Positions 31,496 to 41,945 of a DNA stretch of 64,000 nt are shown here, in pieces; positions within the stretch are counted from its first letter, which is position 1, and each line of letters starts with the position of its first letter. The translations under genes were made by a program, and so were the position numbers. Origin of the DNA: Spirochaetia bacterium (GTDB taxonomy: Bacteria > Spirochaetota > Spirochaetia > DSM-16054 > Sediminispirochaetaceae); NCBI GenBank assembly GCA_034520965.1, contig JAXHMY010000001.1, positions 32,001 through 96,000 of the forward strand. Direction: 5' to 3'. Under the pieces are notes generated by a model, which was not told where the DNA came from, ran no database searches, and worked only from the letters and a program-made list of their open reading frames with translations.

Positions 31496-31689
31496 AGGGT
31501 GACCCTATTTTACTGTAGCACCCCTTGTTCGTCTACCTTCTCTATGTGAGTGTTTTCTATTAATACACAGTTTGGCCATTTCCTGTCAATCGAGCCTGCT
31601 TCGGGGCTTCTACAGATCCTGGACCTCACCGGACGAGATCAACCGGGAGTGGTTTTTTTGAGAACAGCTTTTAGGGGACCTGGGTACAG

Positions 31690-31795
31690 ATCGTTCTTCC
31701 TTCTCGGGGACTTCAAAGAGTTCTTGAAGTTATTGAACGAAGCTGATGCCCAGTATCTCCTGATTGGCGGTTATGCGGTGGGCTATTACGCCAAT
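31690..31795 (+). pseudogene. Nucleotidyltransferase N-terminal fragment
   Basis: DFKEFLKLLNEADAQYLLIGGYAVGYY. Confidence 0.6.
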
Positions 31796-31914
31796 TCGTA
31801 TTGAAGTTCTTACTGAAAATAGATGGTGTAGATTTTTCCGAATGCTACAAAATAGCCAGGGCTTTTTTCAGAATCAACAGCAGTAAAATGAGTGCCGAGA
31901 ATGCTGAATAAAAA

Positions 31915-32196
31915 TTAAGAGGATGATTTTCTGAAGTCACGATAAAAGTTTTCATGCGTTCCAAGGGCCAACAAAGTCAAGGTAATGGTTTGCTCTTCAT
32001 AGTTGTAGGCAAGAAGAGTTAACTGCTTAACCATTTTGAATTTATACACAAGAACATCTGAAAGCTCACCGGTTTTAGCCTGACCACTATCGGGATCTTT
32101 TATAATGGCCTTTATCGCCTTATCAAGTTCTGCTTTTTGATTGGCATGCAGTCTTTTATACACCTTTTTAAATGATGGTTTTTGTAAAACGCGCAT
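31915..32196 (-). CDS. RelE/ParE-family toxin
   Basis: F.K.YKRL..G..KTGELS.V.VYKF..LGTHENFYRD. Confidence 0.88.
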   Translation of the reverse strand: MRVLQKPSFKKVYKRLHANQKAELDKAIKAIIKDPDSGQAKTGELSDVLVYKFKMVKQLTLLAYNYEEQTITLTLLALGTHENFYRDFRKSSS

Positions 32197-32199
32197 GGT

Positions 32200-32412
32200 T
32201 TACTCTTGTGAAAAATTGAACGGCTCGGACTCTTCCTGCTGGGATAGAAGAATCTGCTGGATAAAGCTGTAGGGCAGATCCGGGTTTTCTTCTGCAATTT
32301 TGCCGATACGTGACCAGTATTCAATTTGTTTGGGAATTGAACGACTATAAACTGCGGCATAACGTTTCGCCTCGTTAATTAAATCGTCTGAAAGTTTAAT
32401 TGTCATAGACAC
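32200..32412 (-). CDS. ParD-like antitoxin
   Basis: IKLSDDL..A..RSIPKQIEYW.RIGKIAEENPDLP; GTG start after AGGAGG. Confidence 0.88.
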   Translation of the reverse strand: MSMTIKLSDDLINEAKRYAAVYSRSIPKQIEYWSRIGKIAEENPDLPYSFIQQILLSQQEESEPFNFSQE

Positions 32413-32496
32413 GAACTTATCCTCCTTCATTAAGTCTATGGTAATATTATAGGTAATAAGAGGTAAAAATACAACTTTATCATGCAAAAAGCTTCG

Positions 32497-32805
32497 CTAA
32501 AAACGGGGGCTAAGCCCCCGACCGACAATTTCTACCTGCTCATCGATCAGGGAGAAAACCGAATCACGAAACAATGTGTTCGGCGGAATCTGTTTCTTGA
32601 TGAAAATATGGGAGAGGCCGTGCACCTGAGACCAGACAAGCAGGGCCAAAGCCTCGGCGGGTTGCTGACTGACGATTGTCCCCCCCTTCAAGGCCCCGTT
32701 GAAATACACCCCTTATCTGGGAAAGGCATCCAGATCCTCCGGACAGATTGCCCAGTAACCGCCTTCCGGAGCTTTCTCACTAATTGCCGTAAGCTCACCT
32801 TTCAT
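32497..32805 (-). pseudogene. hicB 5' fragment (32737-32805) joined to a TetR-like C-terminal fragment
   Basis: MKGELTAISEKAPEGGYWAICPE then unrelated sequence containing VWSQVHGL; promoter module copy 5 at 32821-32856. Confidence 0.65.
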
Positions 32806-32905
32806 GATTTTCATCCACCCATAGTATAGTATTGGGTCGTTTTGCTCGATTGGAAAACAATACTTTGAGTGAGGCCGCAAATCGGGTAAAAGCTGAACAT
32901 CACAC

Positions 32906-33196
32906 CTATGAAACCTGCTCCAGATCATGTAAAAGAAGCCTGGGATATTTTGCTATAAGCCTAAAAGGTGCTTTCGCAGGCCCATCAGGATGTCGTCTCC
33001 CCTGTTCCCAGTTTTGGAGAGTGTTGATACTAATACCTATTCGCAGGGCAAATTGTTTCTGGGAGAAGCCCAGGTATTTTCTCAATGTTGCGAGGTCACC
33101 GGTTTTCCACTCTCCCGATATGAGTCGCAGACGCTGCTCCCTGGTAATAGCACGTTCAAAATCCTTCGACGTCAATTCCTGAATTTCATCAGTCAT
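32906..33196 (-). CDS. XRE/HTH antitoxin, preceded by a brnT remnant (33210-33239)
   Basis: SQKQFA..IGISINTLQNWEQGRR.PDGPA; the upstream 30 nt match positions 6-35 within brnT. Confidence 0.85.
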   Translation of the reverse strand: MTDEIQELTSKDFERAITREQRLRLISGEWKTGDLATLRKYLGFSQKQFALRIGISINTLQNWEQGRRHPDGPAKAPFRLIAKYPRLLLHDLEQVS

Positions 33197-33263
33197 ATAA
33201 TTCCAAAATCAGATTATACGGAAGTTTAAAAAGCTTGGATAGACAATGCTAAAAGGACAACAG

Positions 33264-33460
33264 CTACTTCCTATAAAAAATCGGAGTGAACAGGATCAGG
33301 ACAGTGTATATTTCCAGCCGGCCCAAGATCATAACGGCCGCGAGCCATAGCTTCACATAGTTCGGAAAAAAGGCGAAGTTAGAAGTCGGGCCTACCCCAC
33401 CGAAGCCGGGGCCGATATTTCCGATACATGATAGGGAGGCTGTCAGTGCAGTGGTAAAGA
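33264..33460 (-). pseudogene. trkH: TrkH potassium uptake protein 3' fragment
   Basis: SCIGNIGPGFG..MILGRLEIYT. Confidence 0.8.
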
Positions 33461-33589
33461 CGCCGCGCGGATAGACGAGGGTGCACAATTGTTTGGCAGC
33501 GGTTTTTATCATCACCGAAATTGGGGTCGGTTACCGGCTGTTGGATGAGTAACTGGGTTCGGCAGTCTGGAATACATTCTCCTCATTGA

Positions 33590-35137
33590 TCAAAAAATCA
33601 AAGTCTCGATTTCGTTGGAACCCTCACAGGATAGAGCTTTGGAAAGAAGAGCCTTTTCTCGCTCAACTGATGAGTGGCGGATCGACTCTTTTATTAACGG
33701 CACTGCCTGTGGATACATATTTACCTCATCCGGCTCCATGGCCAATAAAAAACGAAGGTACTCCGGATGACTCACAGCCTCTCCGCATATATTCACAGCA
33801 GTACCAGCTCTGCGACAGGTCTGTACCGCCTGTTGAACCGCAATCAATACGGAAGGCTCAACGGGACTATACAGAGCAGAGACCTTCGGGTTGTTGCGAT
33901 CTGCAGCAAGAATGTATTGAGTAAAATCATTTATCCCGATGGTGACGAAATCAATATATTGTAACAACTTTGGAAGAATGAATAGTGCGGAGGGGACTTC
34001 GAGCATAATACCTATCGGTAAACCGGGGTCGTATGATTCACCCCGTTTTTTCAGGGTATTCTTTTCTTCATTTAGAATACTCAAGACCGACTTGATTTCA
34101 TTCACCGTCGTAACAAGGGGGATCAACAGCTTAACCGGCCCGTGTACGGAGCTTTTCAGAATGGCTCTGATCTGAGCCCGAAAGCTGTGTTCGAACCTAA
34201 GAGCAAGGCGAATTGCCCTTTGGCCGAGATAAGGGTTGGAATCTTTCTGCTGTGTACCGAAAAATGAGTGTTTATCACCCCCTGCATCAAATGTTCTTAT
34301 GGTAACCGGTTTCCCCTTCAACAACTCAACTATTTCGGTGTATCTACTTGTCTGTTCTTCCTCTCCAGGAAATTCCCTATCGCCGGAGAAGGTATATTCG
34401 GTTCTCAAGAGTCCTATATGATCGGCACCATACGAATACGCGAGCTTGGTGTCCGACAGGGAGCCCGCGCTTGCACCGACACGAACACTTTTGTTATCCA
34501 AGGTGACGACCTCTTCATTTTTTTCTCTAATAGTTTTTGGAAAACAAAACTCTTTTTGTCCTTGAGTCGCGTATACTGAGAGCGTGAGTCCTGGGTAGGA
34601 TAAACGAGAACGAGCCCTGCGGTCCCGTCAATAATAAGATCATCTCCATCCGCAATGGCCTTCGGTGCTTCAACGCCATTTACAACCATCGGGATTTTCA
34701 GTATTCAGAAGGTGCTGTAATATTCTCCGGCCTATATTTCTAATATCTTTCTTCCGTTCTCTGAGATATGCATCTTCCAGTGAATTAAAATGGGCTATAT
34801 ACTCATCCACCACGCTCTTAAGGGAGAATTCTGCAGAATATCCGTCGCCTGCATACGCGAGTATTTTATCGGTAAAACTCTTATCTAGAAGAAACAACAG
34901 CTGAATCTTGAGAATTGCGTGCTCCTGATCACTGAGTTCGGTCTTTCCTCTGAGGAAACCTTCTATTTCCTTTTCGGCTGCTGCAATCGCTGTTTCTATT
35001 CTGCGGACCTCTTTCTCCACATCGGAGATTTCTCGTTTCTGTATGTGTTCAAAATCCGTGCTTCTGGAAAATAGAAAGGCCGTCCCCTCACCGATACCAT
35101 GGGAAGCAGGGGCTCCGAAAAATCTTTTTTCATTCAT
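33590..35137 (-). pseudogene. ptsI: PTS enzyme I, frameshifted and internally deleted
   Basis: N-terminal GAPASHGIG..YLRER; C-terminal GLLRTE, NPYLGQRAIR, GIMLEVP and ICGE; the phospho-His TSH segment is absent. Confidence 0.85.
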
Positions 35138-35780
35138 AAGGGAATCTTATCGTAAAAACCGGATACGGGCTTCTCTTTATATCCAACTGACCCTGTAGTT
35201 GGCCTGCCAGAGTCGAGACAAGCTGCAACCCAAGGGTTTTCGGATTTTCTGTGTCTATGTGCTGGGGAAACGGATTGCCGGTATTCTCGATTATAAGATC
35301 ATAGTAGTGATCTCGGCGCCTGTGTAATCGTACGGTAAACCATGATTCGGTCTCTTCGTTGAAGCCGTGTTGGAGTGCGTTGATCGCCATCTCATTGACA
35401 ATGAGTCCTATGGGAATAGCTTTCCGAACCTTGAGGCTTACGTAGTCAATATCGATCTCTCTCCATACTTCGTTCTCGGTGTACGCCGAGAAGATAGTAG
35501 TAAGGAGGTCTTCTATGTACTCCTTTATCCTCACGTAACCGGCGCCGTCCACTCTGTGTATCTTCTCGTGTACCTGTCTCATCGCATCGATACGAAGCTG
35601 TAGATCGGATAGATCGATCTCATCCCCAACCGATTTATTTTTAAGGCTGATAAGGGAAGAAATCATGGTGAGGTCGTTTTTCATCCTGTGTCTGAGTTCT
35701 TCTAGAAGAATTTCTTTTTCTTCGAGTTGTTGCTCAAGTGCAACCGTCCGATCCTGGGCTTGGTCGACTACAATCTTCAT
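35130..35780 (-). CDS. HisKA_2-type histidine kinase without a sensor domain
   Basis: ELRHRMKNDL, GLIVNE..NALQHG and TLGLQLV motifs. Confidence 0.82.
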   Translation of the reverse strand: MKIVVDQAQDRTVALEQQLEEKEILLEELRHRMKNDLTMISSLISLKNKSVGDEIDLSDLQLRIDAMRQVHEKIHRVDGAGYVRIKEYIEDLLTTIFSAYTENEVWREIDIDYVSLKVRKAIPIGLIVNEMAINALQHGFNEETESWFTVRLHRRRDHYYDLIIENTGNPFPQHIDTENPKTLGLQLVSTLAGQLQGQLDIKRSPYPVFTIRFPYE

Positions 35781-35977
35781 TTAGCTTTCCCTCCTTGTTC
35801 CGCTGCATTGTTTTCAAAAATGCCCCGGGCAATCTGCAGTATCGACTTAGTGTTACTGTCTTGGAGGCTACCCGGAACCTACAAATCAAATCCCATGCAT
35901 TTATTAATATTTATACAGGAGTAAGATTACAGGAAGGTTTCAATAATGTTACACCTGCGACATTTTACAGATCGGCT

Positions 35978-36859
35978 CTACTGCGACATCTCCCGGGTCA
36001 ACCAGAAACCGGAGGCCAACAAGAGCCCGCCTCCATATAGCATACTCGCAGCCGGAACCTCGCCGAAAATCAGGTAGCCGAGAAAAGCGGCGACGATCGG
36101 GGAGACGATAATGTCTACGAGGGAATAGACATTCGCATTGATCCTTTTCAAGACAAGGGAAATGCCGAAATAGGCAAAACCGGTTGATATTACACCCAGG
36201 GCAAATGCCCACAGGGCTACGGGCAGGGACAGGCCGAGTGCGGGGTAAAAGACCATAGCGGTTACCTTTCCGGGTCCGAAAATCAACAGGGCCGGTGAGA
36301 GAATAACGGCTCCCACCAGCATCGACCAGGCAATATCGTTGTCGGTCTCGGTTTTGCCCTCATGCCGCATGTAGGTAACCATTGCCGCATATATTGCCCC
36401 GTCACCAAGAGCAATCAGATTACCGAGCAGGGTATCTCCCTTCAAGGGCTTGGCGAGAATGATACCGGTAATGGCAACGGAAAAGATAAATATGTAACTC
36501 CACTTCGCCTTTTCCCCCAGAAACACCGCCGAAAAGATGAAAGTAAAAAAGGGAGCAACACTCCAGAAGATCACTACATTGGCGATAGGGGCCAAGGTCA
36601 TGGCAAGGTTGAACACACTGATCTGCGTGGCGATGAGGATGCCGATAAGTATGGTGTCTTTCAGGTTATCCCGCGGAAACTCAGGTCTGTCCTTTGCAAA
36701 CAGGGGCAAGGCAATCATAAGAAAGATTGTGGAAAAGGCGAGCGCGTAGAAATTGAGCGTATAAATCGGAATCAGTCCATCGGTTAGCTTAACAAACACA
36801 CCGATAGTTGCTTCCGAGAGCGTGATCATGAACAAGAGCAAAATTGTTTTTATTTTCAT
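35978..36859 (-). CDS. DMT/EamA transporter
   Basis: About 10 TM helices with two FLGE/IFGE repeats. Confidence 0.88.
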   Translation of the reverse strand: MKIKTILLLFMITLSEATIGVFVKLTDGLIPIYTLNFYALAFSTIFLMIALPLFAKDRPEFPRDNLKDTILIGILIATQISVFNLAMTLAPIANVVIFWSVAPFFTFIFSAVFLGEKAKWSYIFIFSVAITGIILAKPLKGDTLLGNLIALGDGAIYAAMVTYMRHEGKTETDNDIAWSMLVGAVILSPALLIFGPGKVTAMVFYPALGLSLPVALWAFALGVISTGFAYFGISLVLKRINANVYSLVDIIVSPIVAAFLGYLIFGEVPAASMLYGGGLLLASGFWLTREMSQ

Positions 36860-36881
36860 ATCTTCACCTCAAATGTTAATT

Positions 36882-39122
36882 TTAATCTCGACTATTCCCG
36901 TGGTGATACGCCGCCAAAATCTTCGTATAAATGTTGGCAACATTTTCGGCGAAGCTTTCAATTGAGTAACTGCGGGCGTATTCTTGTGCCTGTGAGGCGA
37001 GCTTGTGGCGTAAGGGCTCGTCTTCCAACAACAGCTTAACGTGGTGTGTCCACTTCTGCAAATCCGCCGGAGTTTTGTAACCGTTCACTTCGTTTTGTAC
37101 TACATCTTCGATCCCGCTGGACCGTACGGCGACTACCGGCATATGCGCCGCCATAGCCTCAAGCACCACCATACCCTGCGTCTCCGACCTTGAGGCAAAC
37201 AGAAACATATCTCCCAGCTGATAGAACTCAACCATTTTCTCAGGAGCCACCGATCCAAGCAGATACACTACTTCGGCCAAGCCAAGCGCTTGTATGCGCC
37301 GCTGCAATCTCTCCCGTTCCAAACCATCGCCGATAATAAGGCACTTGAAGGGGACTTTGCTATATTCCTTCAGACGGCCTACTCCCTCTATCAGAAAATC
37401 AATGTTCTTTTCTTTACTCAAGCGGGACACGCTGATCAAGATTGTTTCCGACTCGATTGAATACTGTGCACGCAGTTCGTGAAGGTTCACTTTATTCTGA
37501 AAGCGCGCATACTCTATTCCGGTCGGCTGTATATAGATATCGCTGCTTACGCCGATTAGCCGTAAGTACTCTTCAGCGGATTGAGTCGGTACAATTACCC
37601 CGTGGCAGCGATTGGCATATCTTCTTACTATGCTGTGCGCAATAAGGTTCCGGAAAATCGGTCCGGGTAAAGGCACAAAGTGGGAGTAGTGTTCCAGTCG
37701 GGTATGGTAGGTATACACTAAGGGCACCTTCAAACGCCGGGCCTGCAGCAAGGCCGCCTTACCCATCCAGAACGGATGATGGCTATGGATCAGGTCGGGT
37801 CCAAATCTGCGTACGGCCCGACCTATGCGTGGAGAGAAAATATTGGTCATCCGGAACTCACGGTTTTTGCCCCAAGGCAGGAGAGTCGGTATTCGTTCGA
37901 CGTTTTTCTCCTCGGGATCCTTGTTCGGGTAATCCGGTGCCGCAATCAAAACTGAATGCGAACTATTCAGCAATCCGCGTCTCAGTCGATCGATTGATAT
38001 GGGAACCCCGCCTATGAACGGTAAATAGTTATTCGTGAGCATGGCAATTTTCAACCGCCGCCCCTTAAAGGGAGTCGGATCGACATCATAGTTCGGGTAA
38101 TAATCATGCTCGACGAATACCGTGGTATACAGTTTTATGGCCAGGGCAATCAGTATCAGGAGTATCAAAATGAAGTTGAACCAGCCCACATAAAACAGCG
38201 AGTGGATGAAAAACCATAATCGTTCGAGGGTTTCCCTTACCTCATTGCGACCGATGTCGAGCTGCTCCTTTGAGATGCTGATTCCCTTGTTATCAACCTG
38301 AACTTCGGCAAAATGATAGTTGCTCTCCTCTCGGTTCAAAACTAAGCCCCCCGCCCCGCCTGTAACCACATAATGGATTCCATCTTTGACCTGATGGCTG
38401 TAAATCGGAAGATGGGCGGAAAAAACGGCATTTACGCCATAACTGGCGAACAACTCGAGTAGAGCATCTCTGAACCGTGGGTCCTTCACATATATTGTCT
38501 CGCCTCGCAGAGCGCTCTCTATCTTGCGCTCGAGCTTCGCCACCGGATAGCTTATGAATACAAAGCGGTGGTCCGGACGCGGGTCTTGAAGCTGCCGCTC
38601 CAGCCAGTGGAGCTGAAAAGTGAATGCATCCGGATCGGTTCCATCCAAAAAAATAAACTGAGCAGGTCCGGCAATAAATGAATAAAAGTATGGGCCGAAA
38701 TGCTCGTAGAAGTGGTAAGGGCCGAAGGTGCTGCTCTCATGCTCGCCGACCGTGAGAAGGTAAGGTATGGATAGGTGGTTGAGGCTGCGATAGATCGCCT
38801 GATACTTATATTCACCACCGCCGCTGACTGCATTACCGGCGGATATCAAGAACTCTGCATCTGATCTATTGATAATTGGAATCAGCTGACGTTCGAATAT
38901 TCCAATCGAGTTATTGATATTCCCCACAACCCCGAATTTGAAACTACTACTCTCCGAGAGTTCGCTTTTTATTTGTTCAATCTGTTCTGCATGCACACCG
39001 GAAAAATCGTTTTCAATAAAGGCGACATATATGCGATAACCGGTTAATACAATAATCGCACAGAGAGTCGAATAAAACACTATTTTCAATCTGCCCGGGG
39101 TGAGCACCTTACGTGCTTTCAT
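36882..39122 (-). CDS. Metallophosphoesterase-like domain fused to a GT4 glycosyltransferase
   Basis: N-terminal GNAV..GEHE..FSAH..YVVTGGAG, a TM segment, then YTYHT, SRLSKEKN and ETQGMVVLEAM. Confidence 0.88.
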   Translation of the reverse strand: MKARKVLTPGRLKIVFYSTLCAIIVLTGYRIYVAFIENDFSGVHAEQIEQIKSELSESSSFKFGVVGNINNSIGIFERQLIPIINRSDAEFLISAGNAVSGGGEYKYQAIYRSLNHLSIPYLLTVGEHESSTFGPYHFYEHFGPYFYSFIAGPAQFIFLDGTDPDAFTFQLHWLERQLQDPRPDHRFVFISYPVAKLERKIESALRGETIYVKDPRFRDALLELFASYGVNAVFSAHLPIYSHQVKDGIHYVVTGGAGGLVLNREESNYHFAEVQVDNKGISISKEQLDIGRNEVRETLERLWFFIHSLFYVGWFNFILILLILIALAIKLYTTVFVEHDYYPNYDVDPTPFKGRRLKIAMLTNNYLPFIGGVPISIDRLRRGLLNSSHSVLIAAPDYPNKDPEEKNVERIPTLLPWGKNREFRMTNIFSPRIGRAVRRFGPDLIHSHHPFWMGKAALLQARRLKVPLVYTYHTRLEHYSHFVPLPGPIFRNLIAHSIVRRYANRCHGVIVPTQSAEEYLRLIGVSSDIYIQPTGIEYARFQNKVNLHELRAQYSIESETILISVSRLSKEKNIDFLIEGVGRLKEYSKVPFKCLIIGDGLERERLQRRIQALGLAEVVYLLGSVAPEKMVEFYQLGDMFLFASRSETQGMVVLEAMAAHMPVVAVRSSGIEDVVQNEVNGYKTPADLQKWTHHVKLLLEDEPLRHKLASQAQEYARSYSIESFAENVANIYTKILAAYHHGNSRD

Positions 39123-40182
39123 GACTTATCTCCCGATGCATAATAAATATTCCAATCCCCATGCCCAGATAAATTGTTACAGCCCGCCAGAGTACCGTAA
39201 CCAATACCAGATGTCCGGCAGTCAGAATATCAGAGAACAAATAGCCGAACACCCCCTCGGCAATCCCGGACGCACCCGGTGTCGGCGAAAAATACATCAC
39301 AAAGGTGGTAATCAATAACCTTCCAATTACCAGCCAGTACTGCAGATCATACCCTAAAGCGGCCGTAATGAGAGCTGGAAAAGAAAACAGACTAAGCAGG
39401 AATCCAGCAGTTGCAAGAATGGAGGCTAAAATATACCGAGGTTTTCCTTTTAAGAAGGTTCGAAATCCTACAGCGAATCGATGCATTTCTCTCACTATGT
39501 TTCGTTTCCAGCGACTATAACGGCCCGGATTAAGCACGTGCAGCCAGCGGAGCATTAACAATGTACCTACCAGGATTTGTATTAAGACCTTGGTTCGCAG
39601 AATTAGCACCACAAAGAACCCGATATAAAGGGTAGCAAATACCGCCAAAGTACGAAAAACCGGTGTATAGCGGCTTATGGTCTGCGCATCAGTGAGTTTT
39701 AGCAACATAACCGGTCCGGCACTGAAAATAAACAGTACCGCCAGGACAGTTCTAATTGTGGTTGCCGTCATCGCGGTTCCCACCGGTACCCCCCGCCTCT
39801 GCAGATACCACACTTGCGCTACTCCACCGCCGGTAGCTAGAGGGGTCACATTAGAGACAAACAGATTTATGAATACCAACCGTATCATAGCACGCAGAGC
39901 AATCCGCTGATTAAGAGCCCGCAGCACGAACCACAATCTAAGTCCGTCGAGGCAATAATATATACTTAATAATCCGGCTGTAGAAATGAAAAACTGAACT
40001 GAAAAGAGGCGGGAGTCCCAGGTCACTTTGTCGGTAGGAACTTGGGAATATACTGCATAGAAGCCTAGGGAACTGAGAAAAATAAACAGAAGCGAAAACC
40101 GCAGTAAGCGTCCGGCACTCAGTGCGCTGCTTTTTGCCGGTTTACTCTTACCATCAGCGTTGTCAACAGATTTCTTTTTCAT
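39109..40182 (-). CDS. Lysylphosphatidylglycerol-synthase TM-domain (flippase-like) protein
   Basis: NVTPLATGG, PTPGASGIAE and LWR motifs. Confidence 0.85.
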   Translation of the reverse strand: MKKKSVDNADGKSKPAKSSALSAGRLLRFSLLFIFLSSLGFYAVYSQVPTDKVTWDSRLFSVQFFISTAGLLSIYYCLDGLRLWFVLRALNQRIALRAMIRLVFINLFVSNVTPLATGGGVAQVWYLQRRGVPVGTAMTATTIRTVLAVLFIFSAGPVMLLKLTDAQTISRYTPVFRTLAVFATLYIGFFVVLILRTKVLIQILVGTLLMLRWLHVLNPGRYSRWKRNIVREMHRFAVGFRTFLKGKPRYILASILATAGFLLSLFSFPALITAALGYDLQYWLVIGRLLITTFVMYFSPTPGASGIAEGVFGYLFSDILTAGHLVLVTVLWRAVTIYLGMGIGIFIMHREISHEST

Positions 40183-40210
40183 ATAATTCTAAGGCTATGG
40201 TAAAAATAGA

Positions 40211-40243
40211 AGAAAGGCAATATCGCCGTGATATTGCCTTTCT
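40211..40243. terminator. Hairpin downstream of the Do protease
   Basis: agaaaggcaatatc-gccgt-gatattgcctttct. Confidence 0.6.
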
Positions 40244-40305
40244 CTGGGTAACACAACTCCGGTCATGTACTGGGAGGTTTTCCCGGAGCGGTTGTTTTTA
40301 AAGAT

Positions 40306-41856
40306 TTATTTGTTGATTCCGACAAAATACTGGTTGCCTTCTCGAATAAATCCTATCTTAAATTCGTTGGTCGAGCTTGCGTTAACAGCTTTGTAGAAAT
40401 CTATTATTGAGGTAATTTTTTGGCCATTGATCTCTGTGATTACGTCATACGGGCGCAATCCGCCAATAAATGCCTTTGATTGTTTTTCTACATTTGCCAC
40501 CAGCACTCCCTCGGTAGAGGAGTTAAGGTTGAGCTCCTGTGTGGCCTGTTCGTTGAGCGGTACTACTATCATCCCCGGCCATAATTTGTTCTGCTGCTTC
40601 TGAATGGTCTCTGCATCGGCCCGTTCTCCGATTTCAACCGTAACAGAACGCTCTTCACCATAACGGAATAGGGTAAACTCAACCTGTTTTCCGGCCCGAA
40701 GCTGCCCGACAGCCCGAACAAGCTCTTCCCGGTTCTCAATTTTCCGGCCGTCCACTTCGGTAATGAAATCGCCCGGCATTAGGCCGCCCTTTGCAGCCGG
40801 TGAATCCAAATACACATTGTGGACAAAGGCACCTTTCTGAGTCGGCAGGTTCATCTTTTCGGCCAGGCTTTCGGTCATTCCGGCAATCGAAACGCCCAGC
40901 CAGCCGTACTCGACCTTACCGGTACTAATCAGCTGTTCTATAGTCTGTTTGGCGGTATTAATTGGAACAGCGAAACCGAGCCCTACGCTGCCGCCTGAAG
41001 GTGCGGCTATCCACGTGTTTATGCCGATCACCTCGCCCTGCATATTCACTAAGGCACCGCCGGAGTTGCCCCGATTGATAGCTGCATCAGTTTGAATGAA
41101 TTCGCTAATATTATTGGCAGGTCCGGAACGACCCTTGGCACTCACAATACCGGCCGTCACACTGGAAACAAATCCGAAGGGGCTGCCGACCGCCAGGACC
41201 CAGTTTCCAACCTTCACTCTGTCGCTGTTTCCGAGCTGCGCAACCGGGAGGCTGTCTTCGGTTTGAACTTTTACCAAAGCGAGGTCTTTTCGGGGGTCTT
41301 TACCGACAATAGTGGCCTTATACTGTTTTCCTGAAGTCAGTATTACGTTTATCTCATCCGCCTTACCGACTACATGATTATTCGTAAGAACGTAGTAGTT
41401 GTTACTACGCTTTTCTACTATCACCCCCGATCCGAGGCCGCGGCGCTTGAACTCCCTCTGCTGATCCTCGTTCGACTGATTATCCCCTGATTGTCCTTCC
41501 GGCATCATGAAATTCCAGGGGAATCCCAGTTGTTGCGGAACCTGCTGTTCTACAACGTCAATTACCCTTAACTCAACCACCGAAGGCAGAGCTTTTTCTG
41601 CTACTTCATTGAATGAGTTTGGAACACTTGCACTGCCGGAAACCTGCGGTGCCGGCTGGCTGCTTTGTTCGGTTGTCTGCCCCCCGGTTCCACTGCTTCC
41701 TTCACTACTTCCCTGTGCATGTGCAGCTTCGCCTACACCAGCAGAGCCGATATTACTAAATGCAAAGAACGAGAGTACAAAACCGATCAGTATCCCGACT
41801 AAGACAAGATTAAATAAAAAGAACCTTTTTGAATAAAATAGTTTTTTCGTGTTCAT
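40306..41856 (-). CDS. htrA: Do/DegP-family serine protease with two PDZ domains
   Basis: GSGV, TNNHVV, DLA and QTDAAINRGNSGG motifs. Confidence 0.95.
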   Translation of the reverse strand: MNTKKLFYSKRFFLFNLVLVGILIGFVLSFFAFSNIGSAGVGEAAHAQGSSEGSSGTGGQTTEQSSQPAPQVSGSASVPNSFNEVAEKALPSVVELRVIDVVEQQVPQQLGFPWNFMMPEGQSGDNQSNEDQQREFKRRGLGSGVIVEKRSNNYYVLTNNHVVGKADEINVILTSGKQYKATIVGKDPRKDLALVKVQTEDSLPVAQLGNSDRVKVGNWVLAVGSPFGFVSSVTAGIVSAKGRSGPANNISEFIQTDAAINRGNSGGALVNMQGEVIGINTWIAAPSGGSVGLGFAVPINTAKQTIEQLISTGKVEYGWLGVSIAGMTESLAEKMNLPTQKGAFVHNVYLDSPAAKGGLMPGDFITEVDGRKIENREELVRAVGQLRAGKQVEFTLFRYGEERSVTVEIGERADAETIQKQQNKLWPGMIVVPLNEQATQELNLNSSTEGVLVANVEKQSKAFIGGLRPYDVITEINGQKITSIIDFYKAVNASSTNEFKIGFIREGNQYFVGINK

Positions 41857-41902
41857 AACAATCTCCTTCTCCTTACTACAGCCCAAATATAGTGGTTGCG
41901 AG

Positions 41903-41940
41903 ATTTCAGGAGGATTGCATAGAGATTACAAGTGTGTAAT
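41903..41940 (-). promoter_or_regulatory. Putative response-regulator operator upstream of htrA
   Basis: atttca/attgca/attaca at an 11-bp period plus ATTACA-N4-TGTAAT; related sites at 35926, 44767, 46344 and 49565. Confidence 0.7.
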
Positions 41941-41945
41941 CTTTT

